IMG/VR virus record: IMGVR_UViG_3300028840_008160
Span: 124,001 to 188,000 of that record
Length of the DNA: 64,000 bases
Reading direction: 5' to 3' (one strand)
Made by a program: the position numbers and the translations under genes. The notes under the pieces were generated by a model. It saw nothing but the letters and a program-made list of their open reading frames with translations. It was not told the origin of the DNA and ran no database searches. Each line of letters opens with the position of its first letter. The stretch's first letter is position 1. Positions 10,885 through 21,138 of the stretch are shown piece after piece.

Positions 10885-11409
10885 ATGAAAATCATGTGGA
10901 TTTTGTTGTTGATGTTTGTTGTTGGTTGTCAAAGGACAGTATTAAAACAAGATATCATATATGGTTTTATGCCTGATTCAATGCACATAATGGATAGTTT
11001 ACTGACGACAGTATCTGAAGCACCTGATTTGAAAGATTATGATGATTTTAAGTCTGTTGATATTAATGGTGGTACTGGCAATGTTTGTGTTGATGACGAA
11101 TGCGATAGTGTGACGCAAATATCGTTGCAACGCGGAATATTAGTGTCTGATCGAACAGCGTATGAATTAGCTTATAACAGAATTGCAATAACAGATGTAA
11201 ATAGACGGTTGGTAATTGCTAATGAATTGTTTACTGAGTATTATAAGCAAATTAAAATAGCTGAAAATTTGTATGATAAAAGAATTCAATATTTAGAGAA
11301 AGCTTGTGAAAGATCATGGTTTGAACAAAACAGCATATATTTTGGATTTCTAGCAGGTATTATAACTACTGTTGCTATTCAATATGCTGTAATTGAAGTT
11401 GCAAAATAA
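10885..11409 (+). CDS. Lipoprotein with C-terminal TM helix (unimolecular spanin candidate)
   Basis: Lipobox-like VVGC after hydrophobic signal; C-terminal IYFGFLAGIITTVAIQYAVI. Confidence 0.5.
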   Translation: MKIMWILLLMFVVGCQRTVLKQDIIYGFMPDSMHIMDSLLTTVSEAPDLKDYDDFKSVDINGGTGNVCVDDECDSVTQISLQRGILVSDRTAYELAYNRIAITDVNRRLVIANELFTEYYKQIKIAENLYDKRIQYLEKACERSWFEQNSIYFGFLAGIITTVAIQYAVIEVAK

Positions 11410-11498
11410 ATAGGCGTATATAGTGTTGATTGGGGGCTATAATATGCTCCCTTTTTTTGTGGTAAATCTTTTGCAAAATTAGCCGTATAATAAAAAGT

Positions 11499-12407
11499 AT
11501 GGATGCGATATTTGAAATAGAACGAGTGTTTTTTGAGAAATATATAAATGAATTAAGTAGTGACGCATTCAAAGTATTAGCAAAACTACTTTACTTAGCT
11601 AAGACGACTGAATCTGACATTGAAATTAAAACTAATAGATTGCTTAGACGTGTGATTGGTGTAAACGTCGCATATTCAAGTAGTATATGGAATGAGTTAA
11701 TCGAATATGGTGTTGTGACGAAAAAAGTTCGTAAAGGCAAGATTGTATATGTTCTGAATAGTAAAAAAATTCGTAATGATAATGCCGAATTTGAGATACA
11801 AGCTCAAAAAGTAAGAAGTTTATCTGTTGCTGTATACAATATAGACAGAGTAATACCTGAAGCATTTACAGGTTTAGATGATGATGTTATTAGACGAAAG
11901 ATAAAGTCAACTTTTGAAAATGTTAGTGATGAGTTGTTTGAGGAGTTAGTTAAAACTGTTCAATTGTTGAAATCATATCATACTGATCGTGAAAAACGAT
12001 TTCGTTTGTCAGATTTAGGAAAGTTTTTAATTGGCTTGGTTAAATATGATAATTCAGTAGTAAAAGAAGTATGTTATAGATATAACAACAATAGCAAAAT
12101 TGCTGGAATGCGAGGGCTTAGATACGTTTTAAGGATGGCACAAGGTATCAGTTTAGATAAGAAAAATATTAAGAAAGATACTGTGGACGACGAGAAGATA
12201 ATTGAGAAAAGAAAAACTGAAGGTGAACAAAAATTTGCTATCAAACTAGCTTTAGGCAACATTAATGGCAGTTTAATTTACAATAGATTGTTAAAGAATC
12301 AAGAATATGAAAAGTTAACGGATTATTGGCATAAAGGTGTCATAATATTAGAAGCCGCAAATAGAAAGAATGAAATATTTAATGATTATGGTTGGCTAAA
12401 AACATAA
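11499..12407 (+). CDS. Putative replication initiator / HTH DNA-binding protein
   Basis: N-terminal winged-HTH-like pattern; precedes loader and DnaB genes. Confidence 0.45.
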   Translation: MDAIFEIERVFFEKYINELSSDAFKVLAKLLYLAKTTESDIEIKTNRLLRRVIGVNVAYSSSIWNELIEYGVVTKKVRKGKIVYVLNSKKIRNDNAEFEIQAQKVRSLSVAVYNIDRVIPEAFTGLDDDVIRRKIKSTFENVSDELFEELVKTVQLLKSYHTDREKRFRLSDLGKFLIGLVKYDNSVVKEVCYRYNNNSKIAGMRGLRYVLRMAQGISLDKKNIKKDTVDDEKIIEKRKTEGEQKFAIKLALGNINGSLIYNRLLKNQEYEKLTDYWHKGVIILEAANRKNEIFNDYGWLKT

Positions 12408-12432
12408 GTGAAAAATTGTATATGAGTTAACT

Positions 12433-13200
12433 ATGAATTTAAAACGAAAATTTCTAGATCATTATTTCAGAATGTATGAAGCTTCTGAATTTGACGGCCT
12501 TAGACGAATCGTTAAAGATGAAACTAATGAAATGACTCGTCATATGATTCTTGCAAATATTCCAATGGGTTATCAAGGATATACAATTGATAATGTTTTA
12601 GACACATGGAGCGCAGATATTGCAAATGATGATGCTATTGAAAATTTCACATTATATTACAATAATTTAGAAAGAGCTAGAGAAAACGGAACTGGATTAT
12701 TTTTTACTGGAACACATGGTTTAGCAAAGACGACGGCTGCTATTGTTATTCTTAAACATGCGTTAGCACAAAGTTTTACAACATATTTTATTTCTATGAG
12801 TGATCTTGCAGAATTTGTTACATCAGGTTGGAAAGATTATAACATTAAACTTAAATATCAATATATTGTGACACATGTAGATTTTTTAGTTGTTGATGAT
12901 ATTGGTCGTAATTATAACATACAATCAAATCAATCTACTCAATTTCTTGACAAATTATTTGTAACAAGATGTAACCAACGCAAGTCAACAATTTTGACAT
13001 CTAAACATGGTATTTATGAAGGTGATACAATATTTAATGAATCATTGTTAACATTACTTAAAGCAAGTTTGATTGAAATAAAAGTTGTTGGTAGCGATAT
13101 TAGAGAACATAAATCAACAATGTTGATAGATCAACTTAAAGAGGATACATCTAAGAAGAAAACAGATAAGACTGGTAAACGAGGAAAGAAAATTGGCTAA
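12433..13200 (+). CDS. DnaC/IstB-like helicase loader ATPase
   Basis: GTHGLAKT Walker A variant, FLVVDDIG Walker B; upstream of DnaB. Confidence 0.8.
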   Translation: MNLKRKFLDHYFRMYEASEFDGLRRIVKDETNEMTRHMILANIPMGYQGYTIDNVLDTWSADIANDDAIENFTLYYNNLERARENGTGLFFTGTHGLAKTTAAIVILKHALAQSFTTYFISMSDLAEFVTSGWKDYNIKLKYQYIVTHVDFLVVDDIGRNYNIQSNQSTQFLDKLFVTRCNQRKSTILTSKHGIYEGDTIFNESLLTLLKASLIEIKVVGSDIREHKSTMLIDQLKEDTSKKKTDKTGKRGKKIG

Positions 13201-14620
13201 ATTGTTTACATCAATTAGAAGTGAAAATAAACTTCTTAAAGGTTTAATTTGTCATGACGATCAAAATAGTCAGTCGACTATACGTAATATTGAAAAAGTT
13301 ATTGCTGAAAATGTGAACCCTGATTGTTTTACATCTGATTTTAGAAGCTGGTTATATTCTGCAATTGTGTCTCATTATCATGCTTATTCAACTGAATTGA
13401 CTGTTGATTTACTGAATCAAAAAATTGTAAGAAGATATAAAAAAGAACAACCAATAAGTGATGCTAAGTCGTTATTAGTAAAGATTTTAAATCGCCCATT
13501 TGAACAGAGTGAATTAGAACCATTAATTGATGAACTAAAAAATTTACAACATATTCGAAAGATTTCGGAAACTACCGAGGATGTTTTACAAACACTGAGA
13601 TTAATAAAAGAAAATACTGCTATTGAAGTTAATGCAGCACCATTACTTGCTAAGTTAGAATCGACAATTGAATCAATTAAGGAGCAAAATACAAGAGAAC
13701 GAGTAATTGAAGAAGATGCGTTTTTGAATATAGAACATGACATGGATTTCATCCGTGATTGTCATGATAATCCTGAAAAATATAGAGGTATTGATACAGG
13801 AATTGAACCATTAACATTAGCGACTAATGGTTGGCATGGTGGTGAACTTATTACAGTAATGGGAAGAACTGGACAAGGAAAATCTATAGTAATGTTGAAT
13901 TTTGCATATTCGGCATGGTTGAGCGGACGAAACATTATGTATGTTACAATAGAAATGCCGATATTACAACAAAAAAGACGACTTTATTCAAGGATGACGA
14001 CAGTTGAATATTTTAAGATGAAGAATGCTCATCTATTGTCAAACGAAGAATTGATTTATGTTGAAGAAAAAATCAAACGAATGAAGATTGAGCATGACAA
14101 TGTTTTTATGATTTTAGATGCACCATCAATGTGTACGGCGAATTTTATTGAAAACAGAATTTTGAATTTTGAGAAAAGTTCAGGTAAAAGAATTGAACTT
14201 GTTATTATTGATCCTATTTATTTAATGAGGCCAAACCAAAAAGATGATGATCCTGTTGGTGCAATATCTTGGGACCTCAAATTATTAGCTAGGAAATTAG
14301 ATGTTCCAGTTATAAATGCAAATCAGATTAATAGAGAAGGTCATAAAAGACATCTTGCTGGTAGAGAAATGGATGCAATGGATTCTTCTAGTTCTGATAG
14401 ACTTGGTCAAAATTCAGATGTAATGTTAGGCATATTCTCTGATGAACAACAATGGTTAAAAATGTCAATTGTCAAATACAGAGACGGAAAGGGACCAACA
14501 TTATATTTAAAACGAAAATTTGATGTGATGAAGATTGAATATGATGAAGAATATAATCCTCATGATGATATTATGGCACAAATTTTAGGGCAGGATAACA
14601 CTAATGGAGACAATGAATAA
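13193..14620 (+). CDS. dnaB: DnaB-like replicative helicase
   Basis: GRTGQGKS, TIEM, VIIDPIYLM, ANQINR, IVKYRDG motifs. Confidence 0.88.
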   Translation: MAKLFTSIRSENKLLKGLICHDDQNSQSTIRNIEKVIAENVNPDCFTSDFRSWLYSAIVSHYHAYSTELTVDLLNQKIVRRYKKEQPISDAKSLLVKILNRPFEQSELEPLIDELKNLQHIRKISETTEDVLQTLRLIKENTAIEVNAAPLLAKLESTIESIKEQNTRERVIEEDAFLNIEHDMDFIRDCHDNPEKYRGIDTGIEPLTLATNGWHGGELITVMGRTGQGKSIVMLNFAYSAWLSGRNIMYVTIEMPILQQKRRLYSRMTTVEYFKMKNAHLLSNEELIYVEEKIKRMKIEHDNVFMILDAPSMCTANFIENRILNFEKSSGKRIELVIIDPIYLMRPNQKDDDPVGAISWDLKLLARKLDVPVINANQINREGHKRHLAGREMDAMDSSSSDRLGQNSDVMLGIFSDEQQWLKMSIVKYRDGKGPTLYLKRKFDVMKIEYDEEYNPHDDIMAQILGQDNTNGDNE

Positions 14621-14840
14621 TTCTGATGAGAACAAAGATGTTAAGCAGCAGTTATTTGATTTTCAATTTGTATGTGAAATAACAGTTGCTTCAATCATTT
14701 TATTTCTAACTGAAGCTGGTTATGAAAAAAGCGAAGATGTCGACGAAAATCGTGTAGCTGATTTTGTTTTAAAACGGTTTCTAGAGATTGTAGAATCAAT
14801 TACAGATGATGCAAAGACGAACGAATATGAAGATACTTAA
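14604..14840 (+). CDS. Hypothetical acidic protein
   Basis: ORF track; overlaps both neighbours. Confidence 0.5.
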   Translation: METMNNSDENKDVKQQLFDFQFVCEITVASIILFLTEAGYEKSEDVDENRVADFVLKRFLEIVESITDDAKTNEYEDT

Positions 14841-15517
14841 TGGCAACGACACCTAAAGATATTGAAGTCTGCTATTATAGACTAAACAATGCTGTTTTGT
14901 TAGGTGACACAGACAAAGCCAGAATGTATCTTGACATTCTTCGACATGAATTTGAGAATTATGAAGATTGCTTTAGTATACTTAAAACTGATGATCGATG
15001 GGAACATCTTAAACAATTAGGACGTGCAGTCGATAATGGTTTAGTTGTTAAAAATTACAATTATAATGACAACAGCGACGATGTAGAAGAGGCTGATAAG
15101 GATGAAGATAGAGCAGAAGATGAACAATCGTTAGTTAAAGTTGTTTGTGATAATATTGACGTTTTACGTGACATTTTGAATGCATCGAATGATTTATTTA
15201 TTTACAATATAGAACAACCGACAAAATATGGTAGAGTAGATGTAGTATTAAGAGATAAAGATATTGTTTATTTAGTCGAAGTAAAAAAGAGTCATGCAAG
15301 ATACAGTGTCATTAGTCAAATTGAAAAATACATGTTAGATTTTAGATTGAAATTGATTTTGAAAATGTGGCGAGATGTTGTTGGTGTTGTTATTGCAAAT
15401 GGATTTATCGGTCGAGTATCAAAAGAACTCGTAAAATTAGGCGTTATTCCGATAAAATACAGAATTAAGAACGATACATTGATTTTACGGAGACTTCATG
15501 CCAAGAAAACGGCATAA
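14840..15517 (+). CDS. NucS/EndoMS-like PD-(D/E)XK nuclease
   Basis: E...GRVDVVLRD...VYLVEVK...ISQIEKY motif series. Confidence 0.65.
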   Translation: MATTPKDIEVCYYRLNNAVLLGDTDKARMYLDILRHEFENYEDCFSILKTDDRWEHLKQLGRAVDNGLVVKNYNYNDNSDDVEEADKDEDRAEDEQSLVKVVCDNIDVLRDILNASNDLFIYNIEQPTKYGRVDVVLRDKDIVYLVEVKKSHARYSVISQIEKYMLDFRLKLILKMWRDVVGVVIANGFIGRVSKELVKLGVIPIKYRIKNDTLILRRLHAKKTA

Positions 15518-15657
15518 AAAAAGAATTATTATACCAGAGCTTTTGTCTAAATCGTTAGAAATATCGACAAAAGTACAAAAACATGAGAGTAAAAAATTAG
15601 AAAAAAATTTAGATGATAAACTATTAAAGTTCAAATTTTTATGTAGCGGAGGACAAG

Positions 15658-16947
15658 ATGATTGCTAGTTTGCAAGAACAAGCCAGACCATACAAATTGA
15701 TATTTACAGAAGATGCTGAAGAAATTAAAAAGTTGATGAACAAGACATATGATCGATTGAAAGAAACTGTTGAAGTTTCAGGATTTAGAAAAGGTCATGT
15801 GCCAAGGCAAGTTGCTGAAAAACAAAAATGGTTTAATAAATTTCAGATGTATCGACCCGTGTTTGATGAACTATATATTCGTGCAGTTAACGAATTAAAA
15901 ATAGATGTAGTTGATGCATTTGATTTTGAAGTTAAAGGCCCGTTTGAAGATACTTCACCAGTGACGATTCAAGCTACTGTATTTTTAATGCCTGTTGTAG
16001 AGTCATTTGACATTAATACTGTTAAAGTTCAAAAGAAAGTTACTAATGTAACAGAAGAAATGATTGATGATCAAATTAAGATTCATCTTGACAAATGTGC
16101 GACTTTTACAGCTGTTGATGATCCTGAGTATAAGATTAAAAACGGTGATGTGCTTATCATTGATTATGAAGGAAAAATAAATGGTAAGACATTTAAAGGT
16201 GGAACAGCAAAATTGTTTAAATACATTGTAGGGCAGACAAGATTTATTGAAGGTTTTGCTGAACAACTTTTGACATTTAAATCTGGTGAGTCTGGAGTTG
16301 TTAAAGTCAAATTTCCAGACAATTATTCGTCGACGGAATTACAAGGTAAAGATGCAGAGTTTAATGTGACTGTTCGCAAAGTTGATTCTAGAAGCAATGT
16401 AACGATTGAAGATCTTGCACGGCGTGATAATAAAACAGTACAACAATTTAGAGATGATATTAAAGCTAAACTCATAGTTGATCATGAAAGAATTAATGAA
16501 GAACAATTTAATAGTGATGTATTAGCTGCATGTGTGACAGCTGCTAGTATAGAACCTATTCCAACAAAGATGATTACATGGGAGATTGACAATGAGTGGC
16601 ATCAATTATTGTATCGTTTAAACATGACTGAAGAACAATATTTGAAAGATCGGCCAGAAAGTAAAACAGCATTTTATGCACAAAGACATATTAGAACAGA
16701 AAAAAAAGTACAAATAAAAGTTTTTCTAGATTACATTTGTGAACAACAAAAAATTACTGTTACTGAAGAAGAAGTTGCTGATTTTATTAAGGGTAGATCG
16801 GCAATGCTACAAAAATCTGATGAAGAACGTAAAGAAATATTTGAAAATTTGAAAAAGGAAGCAAATTATAAGGCTGCAGAATCAGCAGTGAAAAACGATA
16901 AGGCAACAGCATATCTTGTAGAATGTATTAGAGTAAAATTGCAATGA
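15658..16947 (+). CDS. tig: Trigger factor (ribosome-associated chaperone/PPIase)
   Basis: GFRKGHVP ribosome-binding signature, FKBP domain (IDYEG...FKGG...FIEGFAEQL...FPDNY), full three-domain length. Confidence 0.92.
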   Translation: MIASLQEQARPYKLIFTEDAEEIKKLMNKTYDRLKETVEVSGFRKGHVPRQVAEKQKWFNKFQMYRPVFDELYIRAVNELKIDVVDAFDFEVKGPFEDTSPVTIQATVFLMPVVESFDINTVKVQKKVTNVTEEMIDDQIKIHLDKCATFTAVDDPEYKIKNGDVLIIDYEGKINGKTFKGGTAKLFKYIVGQTRFIEGFAEQLLTFKSGESGVVKVKFPDNYSSTELQGKDAEFNVTVRKVDSRSNVTIEDLARRDNKTVQQFRDDIKAKLIVDHERINEEQFNSDVLAACVTAASIEPIPTKMITWEIDNEWHQLLYRLNMTEEQYLKDRPESKTAFYAQRHIRTEKKVQIKVFLDYICEQQKITVTEEEVADFIKGRSAMLQKSDEERKEIFENLKKEANYKAAESAVKNDKATAYLVECIRVKLQ

Positions 16948-17759
16948 TTACATTAAACTTCAATTTATCTGCTTCTACAATTAATTCATTTGTAGCATGT
17001 CCTTGGGCATTTAAGCAAGATAAAATTCTTAATAGAGAAACAATTCAACTGCCTAGCGCTGCATTAGTTTTGGGTCAAGCATTTCATAAGTTGCTAGAAA
17101 TGTTTTATACTAAAAAAACATGGCGAACTTACGATTTATTTCGATCTTGGGAACAGATGTTTGATACTGAAGCAAAAATTCAAAATGCTAAAGATTTGCC
17201 GTATTTAAAGTATGCTAAAGCATCTGGGTTTTCTATGATTAAGAATTGGGTTACAATGGCAAAAGAAAATCATTGGTTGCAAGAAGCATATAGATTTGAT
17301 TCTAATATTAGTGGCATTGAATATGAATTTTTATTACCGTATGATAACGATAGATTCAAAATTAATGTTCATGGGTTCATGGATTTAGTAATTGAAGTAA
17401 ATGGCAGAATTTATATATTAGATTGGAAATCAGGGAAACATCATGCCGAGGATTATTTTAGGCAAGCTGTTTTATATAGTTGGGCATTATATAAGCAACA
17501 TGGTTTAGTTGAAGATTGCGTGCGCTTCGTGCATCCAACAAAGAAAGTAAATGAGATTATTGATGTTGTCGTTAGAGACAAAGATTATTATCAAATAGCT
17601 GACATAGTCAATGAAATTTTTAATGCTATTTCATCTGATAATTTTGAGAAACGCCGAGATGAAAAGCGCTGCAAATGGTGTAGATGGACAGATTGTTCAA
17701 ACAATACTAATATTGAATTAAAAGAATTGACACGTCAAGAGACTACTCTGCTGAGTTAA
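16944..17759 (+). CDS. PD-(D/E)XK exonuclease (Cas4/RecB-like)
   Basis: SAS..CP, GQAFH, GFMDLV, ILDWKSG, C-terminal CKWC...C. Confidence 0.8.
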   Translation: MITLNFNLSASTINSFVACPWAFKQDKILNRETIQLPSAALVLGQAFHKLLEMFYTKKTWRTYDLFRSWEQMFDTEAKIQNAKDLPYLKYAKASGFSMIKNWVTMAKENHWLQEAYRFDSNISGIEYEFLLPYDNDRFKINVHGFMDLVIEVNGRIYILDWKSGKHHAEDYFRQAVLYSWALYKQHGLVEDCVRFVHPTKKVNEIIDVVVRDKDYYQIADIVNEIFNAISSDNFEKRRDEKRCKWCRWTDCSNNTNIELKELTRQETTLLS

Positions 17760-17867
17760 TCAATCTTCATTTCTATTATCTTTATTTTCAAACTTTTCAC
17801 CAAATCATAACTTCGTTATTTTTAGTGATTAATCTTCTTAGTTAATAAAAAGAAGAAGAGGTGAATT

Positions 17868-19472
17868 ATGACAGAAGCAACAGCAATTTGTGCTGCAAGA
17901 AAGCATGTGCAGTCGAAAGACCAGACAAACGAGATAGCTTTGACCGGTGAAGCTATGATAGCTTTTATCTCTGGTGCTCAAACCAATGTTGGTAAGTCGA
18001 CGTTTTATAATTTGAAATCTGAGCAGCAACAGGCTCTAGTGGATCAGCATGCCCCAATGCTAAATAACGCAAGACCTTTTTATTCATTGATGATATTGCC
18101 GCAGGGCGTAAACGATGTTAACAAACAATTGATAGCATGGAACTTGATCGAGCATACACTTCCGGCAAACGAAGAGTATACAGATAGTGAAGGTTTGCGA
18201 CACAAACACTCACAGCAAACAAAATGGGAGAATGAACTCATATTACAAGCCTTTGAAAACATGTCAGTGCCACGAGTGTTTGATTTTATTGCTGATTTAC
18301 AAAAGCGCCGTGTGACAAAAAAGAGAGCGTTGTATTTGATTAGAGCATATTTACAACGTAATAGAAGCAAATGGCCATTGTGGGCTATCAAATATAGAAC
18401 AGATTTCAAACGAGCATTACGTCATGTTCATGTCAAGTTCAATAATAATGATCGTAATAACGATCCTGTGCTTATTACAATTTGGCGGTATTTAAAATAT
18501 AATGAACATGAAAATTGCCCACAGTTAATTCAAGATTATGTGGCTGTTCAAAATGGAGATCAGAGTAAATTAGCCAATTTACCATCGTCAGTAGCTGAAG
18601 GCTTCATGACAAAGTTTGGGCTATCGACTGATGAATTTTGGAAATTGTTTACTTCGGGTGGAGGTCAGTTTACACAAAAAGAAAAACGCACAAAAGCTGA
18701 ATCTGTCAGGAAAGCTGGTGCAAGTACTGGCTTTAATATGAAAAGTGCAAGATTGTTTGATTTGCTAGTTTATTTGAGATCACTTGATCAATTGCCAAAA
18801 CCTGAAGCAGAGATTAGAGAACTTTTGACAATGAAAGCAAAAGAAGTCGCAAAAACTTTGGCTTTTTCACTGGAAAAAGTTGGATTGATATTGGACACTT
18901 CAATCAGCATGAGTGGTACAAAAGATCAACCTTACCATCCTATGCTTAGGGGACTTGCAATAAGTTTGGTTTTAGAACAAGTATCTGAAGGTTTCAAGGA
19001 GTATAGGACAACTGAATCAAACCAGTTGTTTCCTGTACTTAAAAATCAATCAAATTATGCTGGAGCTTTGATAAAAGCTCTTAAAGATGGTTGTGAAACA
19101 ATAATTTTCGTTGGTGATGGATATGAGAATGCGCCTTTTGAAGGAATGTTGCATTCAATGCTTTATGCATTGAAGAAAAAGATTGATAAGAAGAATAAGA
19201 TTATGATTCTTCATTTTAATCCTGTATTTGCATCAGAAGCAATGGATGTACGAAGTTTATCATCTGTAGCTGCATCAATTGGAATAAGAACTGTTGATGG
19301 ATTAAATGAAGCAATGTTTTTGGCTGTCGCGAAGCATAAGCCAATGTTGGCTGTTGCAAAATTTGCTGGGCATTTACTTAAATTGCAAAAACCAAAGACT
19401 GCAGAATTAATGCCACAAGCAATTAGAAAAGCAATTGCAGACAAGAAGTTGTTGACTGATGAGAAAGTTTAG
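17868..19472 (+). CDS. Helical N-domain + C-terminal vWA protein (Ro60/TROVE-like architecture)
   Basis: MIDAS-like LDTSISMSG and GDGYEN after a long basic helical region; length similar to Ro60. Confidence 0.6.
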   Translation: MTEATAICAARKHVQSKDQTNEIALTGEAMIAFISGAQTNVGKSTFYNLKSEQQQALVDQHAPMLNNARPFYSLMILPQGVNDVNKQLIAWNLIEHTLPANEEYTDSEGLRHKHSQQTKWENELILQAFENMSVPRVFDFIADLQKRRVTKKRALYLIRAYLQRNRSKWPLWAIKYRTDFKRALRHVHVKFNNNDRNNDPVLITIWRYLKYNEHENCPQLIQDYVAVQNGDQSKLANLPSSVAEGFMTKFGLSTDEFWKLFTSGGGQFTQKEKRTKAESVRKAGASTGFNMKSARLFDLLVYLRSLDQLPKPEAEIRELLTMKAKEVAKTLAFSLEKVGLILDTSISMSGTKDQPYHPMLRGLAISLVLEQVSEGFKEYRTTESNQLFPVLKNQSNYAGALIKALKDGCETIIFVGDGYENAPFEGMLHSMLYALKKKIDKKNKIMILHFNPVFASEAMDVRSLSSVAASIGIRTVDGLNEAMFLAVAKHKPMLAVAKFAGHLLKLQKPKTAELMPQAIRKAIADKKLLTDEKV

Positions 19473-19725
19473 ATCACATAAAGAATTAGTTGATGTACTG
19501 AAAAAAGTACAGACTAGCATTTGTGCTTATAGATCTGCTGCTTTTTGTGATTGTAAATATGGTGTGCAAAATGTTGGAAAATCAACTGAATCTGGTAATG
19601 GTTGTCCTGAAGTTAGAGAAGTAATTGCATTGTTTTCTGTATTAACACCATTTGAATATGAACGGCTTACAAAACGAATTTATAAAGAAAAATTGAAAAA
19701 AGTGAGGGTGTCATGGCACAAATGA
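19459..19725 (+). CDS. Small Cys-rich protein
   Basis: CAY...CDCKYG...GCPE; overlaps both neighbours. Confidence 0.55.
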   Translation: MRKFRSHKELVDVLKKVQTSICAYRSAAFCDCKYGVQNVGKSTESGNGCPEVREVIALFSVLTPFEYERLTKRIYKEKLKKVRVSWHK

Positions 19726-20777
19726 TACAACTACAAGATTTGTTGAAAGGTTATGTTGTTGATCGTGAAAATATTCAAAGTGTCGGCAATATGACAATGA
19801 TTCCAATTATTGCTGATGTTGAGTTTACAAACGTTGCCGATGTAAACGATGTGACGTTGAAACGAGATCCAGCATATAATACATTAGAATTTCAGAATGC
19901 TAGTGGAAATATCGGCATTGCTTTGCAAGGATGGACATTGATTGATAACAATCAGCGTGCTCAGGATAGAACAATTCCCTATGCTCATTTGATTAAAGCA
20001 GCAAATGCTAAACTTATTCCTGCAAATTGTGTTCAAGCACATCAAGGCGGACATTTTGATGCGTCAAAGGTTGATCAGGAATCTTTTATGGTTTTGCCGC
20101 CATCATTGCGAGGGCTTGCTTTGAAGAAGTCAACATATAGTTCAGCTGACTATAGTGCATTATGGGAATCACTTGGTAAATGGGCAAAAGGTGTGGATTG
20201 CTATAGTAATGGATTACAACTTTTTTACAGCAAGTTTGAAGATAAACTTGAACAATTCGTTGCGCAGTTTGAGCCTGTTGAAAAGCAATTGGGCTCGATT
20301 GTATTGATTAATGGTAAATTAGTTGCTATTGATTTGATGCCAAAATATAAGAATTGGAATTCAGTCTGGCGAGCGATTATTCGTGATAGTTATGGTGCTG
20401 AAGCTGTTCGAGTAATCGAAAATGAAGGAGCTATCAACATTCATCCTTCGTTGGACCTTTCAAGTATTAACACGATTGATGATCTTGAAGAAGCATACGA
20501 AAACATGAAAAATGATTTTTATGATTCTTTGCAAAACATGCTCAATCAAACTTTGCAGATGCATGTTAGTAATACTATTCTTGATCAAGCTGGCGAATTG
20601 ACAATGATGAAGTTTGAAAGCGACGAGTATACTGGTCAAGGCGTCGTTCATGGCGATGAACATTTTGTTTATTTGTCTGTAGTGAATTCATCGTCTAAAC
20701 CAAGTGGAAGTCGACCACAGCAGTTTCAATCACTGCGGAGAACGCCTTATAGCGGTACGTCATTCAATTTTAGATAA
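19713..20777 (+). CDS. ARPP-family-like protein
   Basis: IQSVGNMTMIPI, AQDRT, ANCVQ, FVAQFE, LGSIVLING...DSYG resemble ARPP (DUF6569-like) domains, from recall. Confidence 0.55.
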   Translation: MAQMIQLQDLLKGYVVDRENIQSVGNMTMIPIIADVEFTNVADVNDVTLKRDPAYNTLEFQNASGNIGIALQGWTLIDNNQRAQDRTIPYAHLIKAANAKLIPANCVQAHQGGHFDASKVDQESFMVLPPSLRGLALKKSTYSSADYSALWESLGKWAKGVDCYSNGLQLFYSKFEDKLEQFVAQFEPVEKQLGSIVLINGKLVAIDLMPKYKNWNSVWRAIIRDSYGAEAVRVIENEGAINIHPSLDLSSINTIDDLEEAYENMKNDFYDSLQNMLNQTLQMHVSNTILDQAGELTMMKFESDEYTGQGVVHGDEHFVYLSVVNSSSKPSGSRPQQFQSLRRTPYSGTSFNFR

Positions 20778-20786
20778 GATGAAAAG

Positions 20787-20859
20787 CTACGATTTTCATC
20801 ATGACTAAAGCTTCAGGTAAAATACCTGTTAATCTTCGTGATTTTAAGGTATATTTATC
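20787..20859 (+). promoter_or_regulatory. Tandem promoter-like motifs heading tRNA operon 1
   Basis: ctacg-N9-atgacta (20787-20807) and aatcttcgtgattttaaggtatatttatc (20831-20859, repeated at 31409). Confidence 0.6.
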
Positions 20860-20875
20860 TTGCTCTTTGAAAGTA

Positions 20876-21012
20876 TTGAAAGTGGCGCTTTAGAGCAAGA
20901 CTTCAGAAAAAGTAGCTCAGTTGGTAGAGCGTCAGTTTATTCAACTGAATGTCATGGATTCAAATTCCATCTTTTTTACCTTAAAAGGTTTTGTTCACTT
21001 TCGCCCTTTCAA
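20876..21012 (+). ncRNA. Y-RNA-like RNA 1 (closing stem enclosing a tRNA-like cloverleaf)
   Basis: 5' TTGAAAGTGGCG..GAGCAAGAC pairs with 3' GTTTTGTTC..CGCCCTTTCAA; interior has D, anticodon-like and T arms. Confidence 0.65.
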
Positions 21013-21054
21013 TTCTTTTTATAAGTAGAATATAGGTAACGGAAGGAATATTAA

Positions 21055-21138
21055 ATGACTTCACTGACTTGTAATAGCAATTACTTTACAAGTAGTTTTT
21101 CCAATTACGGAAAAACTGATCAGTGGGGTTTTGCATAG
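21055..21138 (+). CDS. Attenuator leader peptide 1 (MTSLTCNSNYFTSSFSNYGKTDQWGFA)
   Basis: SD GGAAGGA; rich in Asn, AGY-Ser, Phe, Cys codons matching downstream tRNAs. Confidence 0.75.
   Translation: MTSLTCNSNYFTSSFSNYGKTDQWGFA

Noticed and set aside
16944-17759. Cas4-like nuclease as a sign of CRISPR-Cas
   Set aside because: No repeat-spacer array or other cas gene seen; stand-alone nucleases of this type are common in phages
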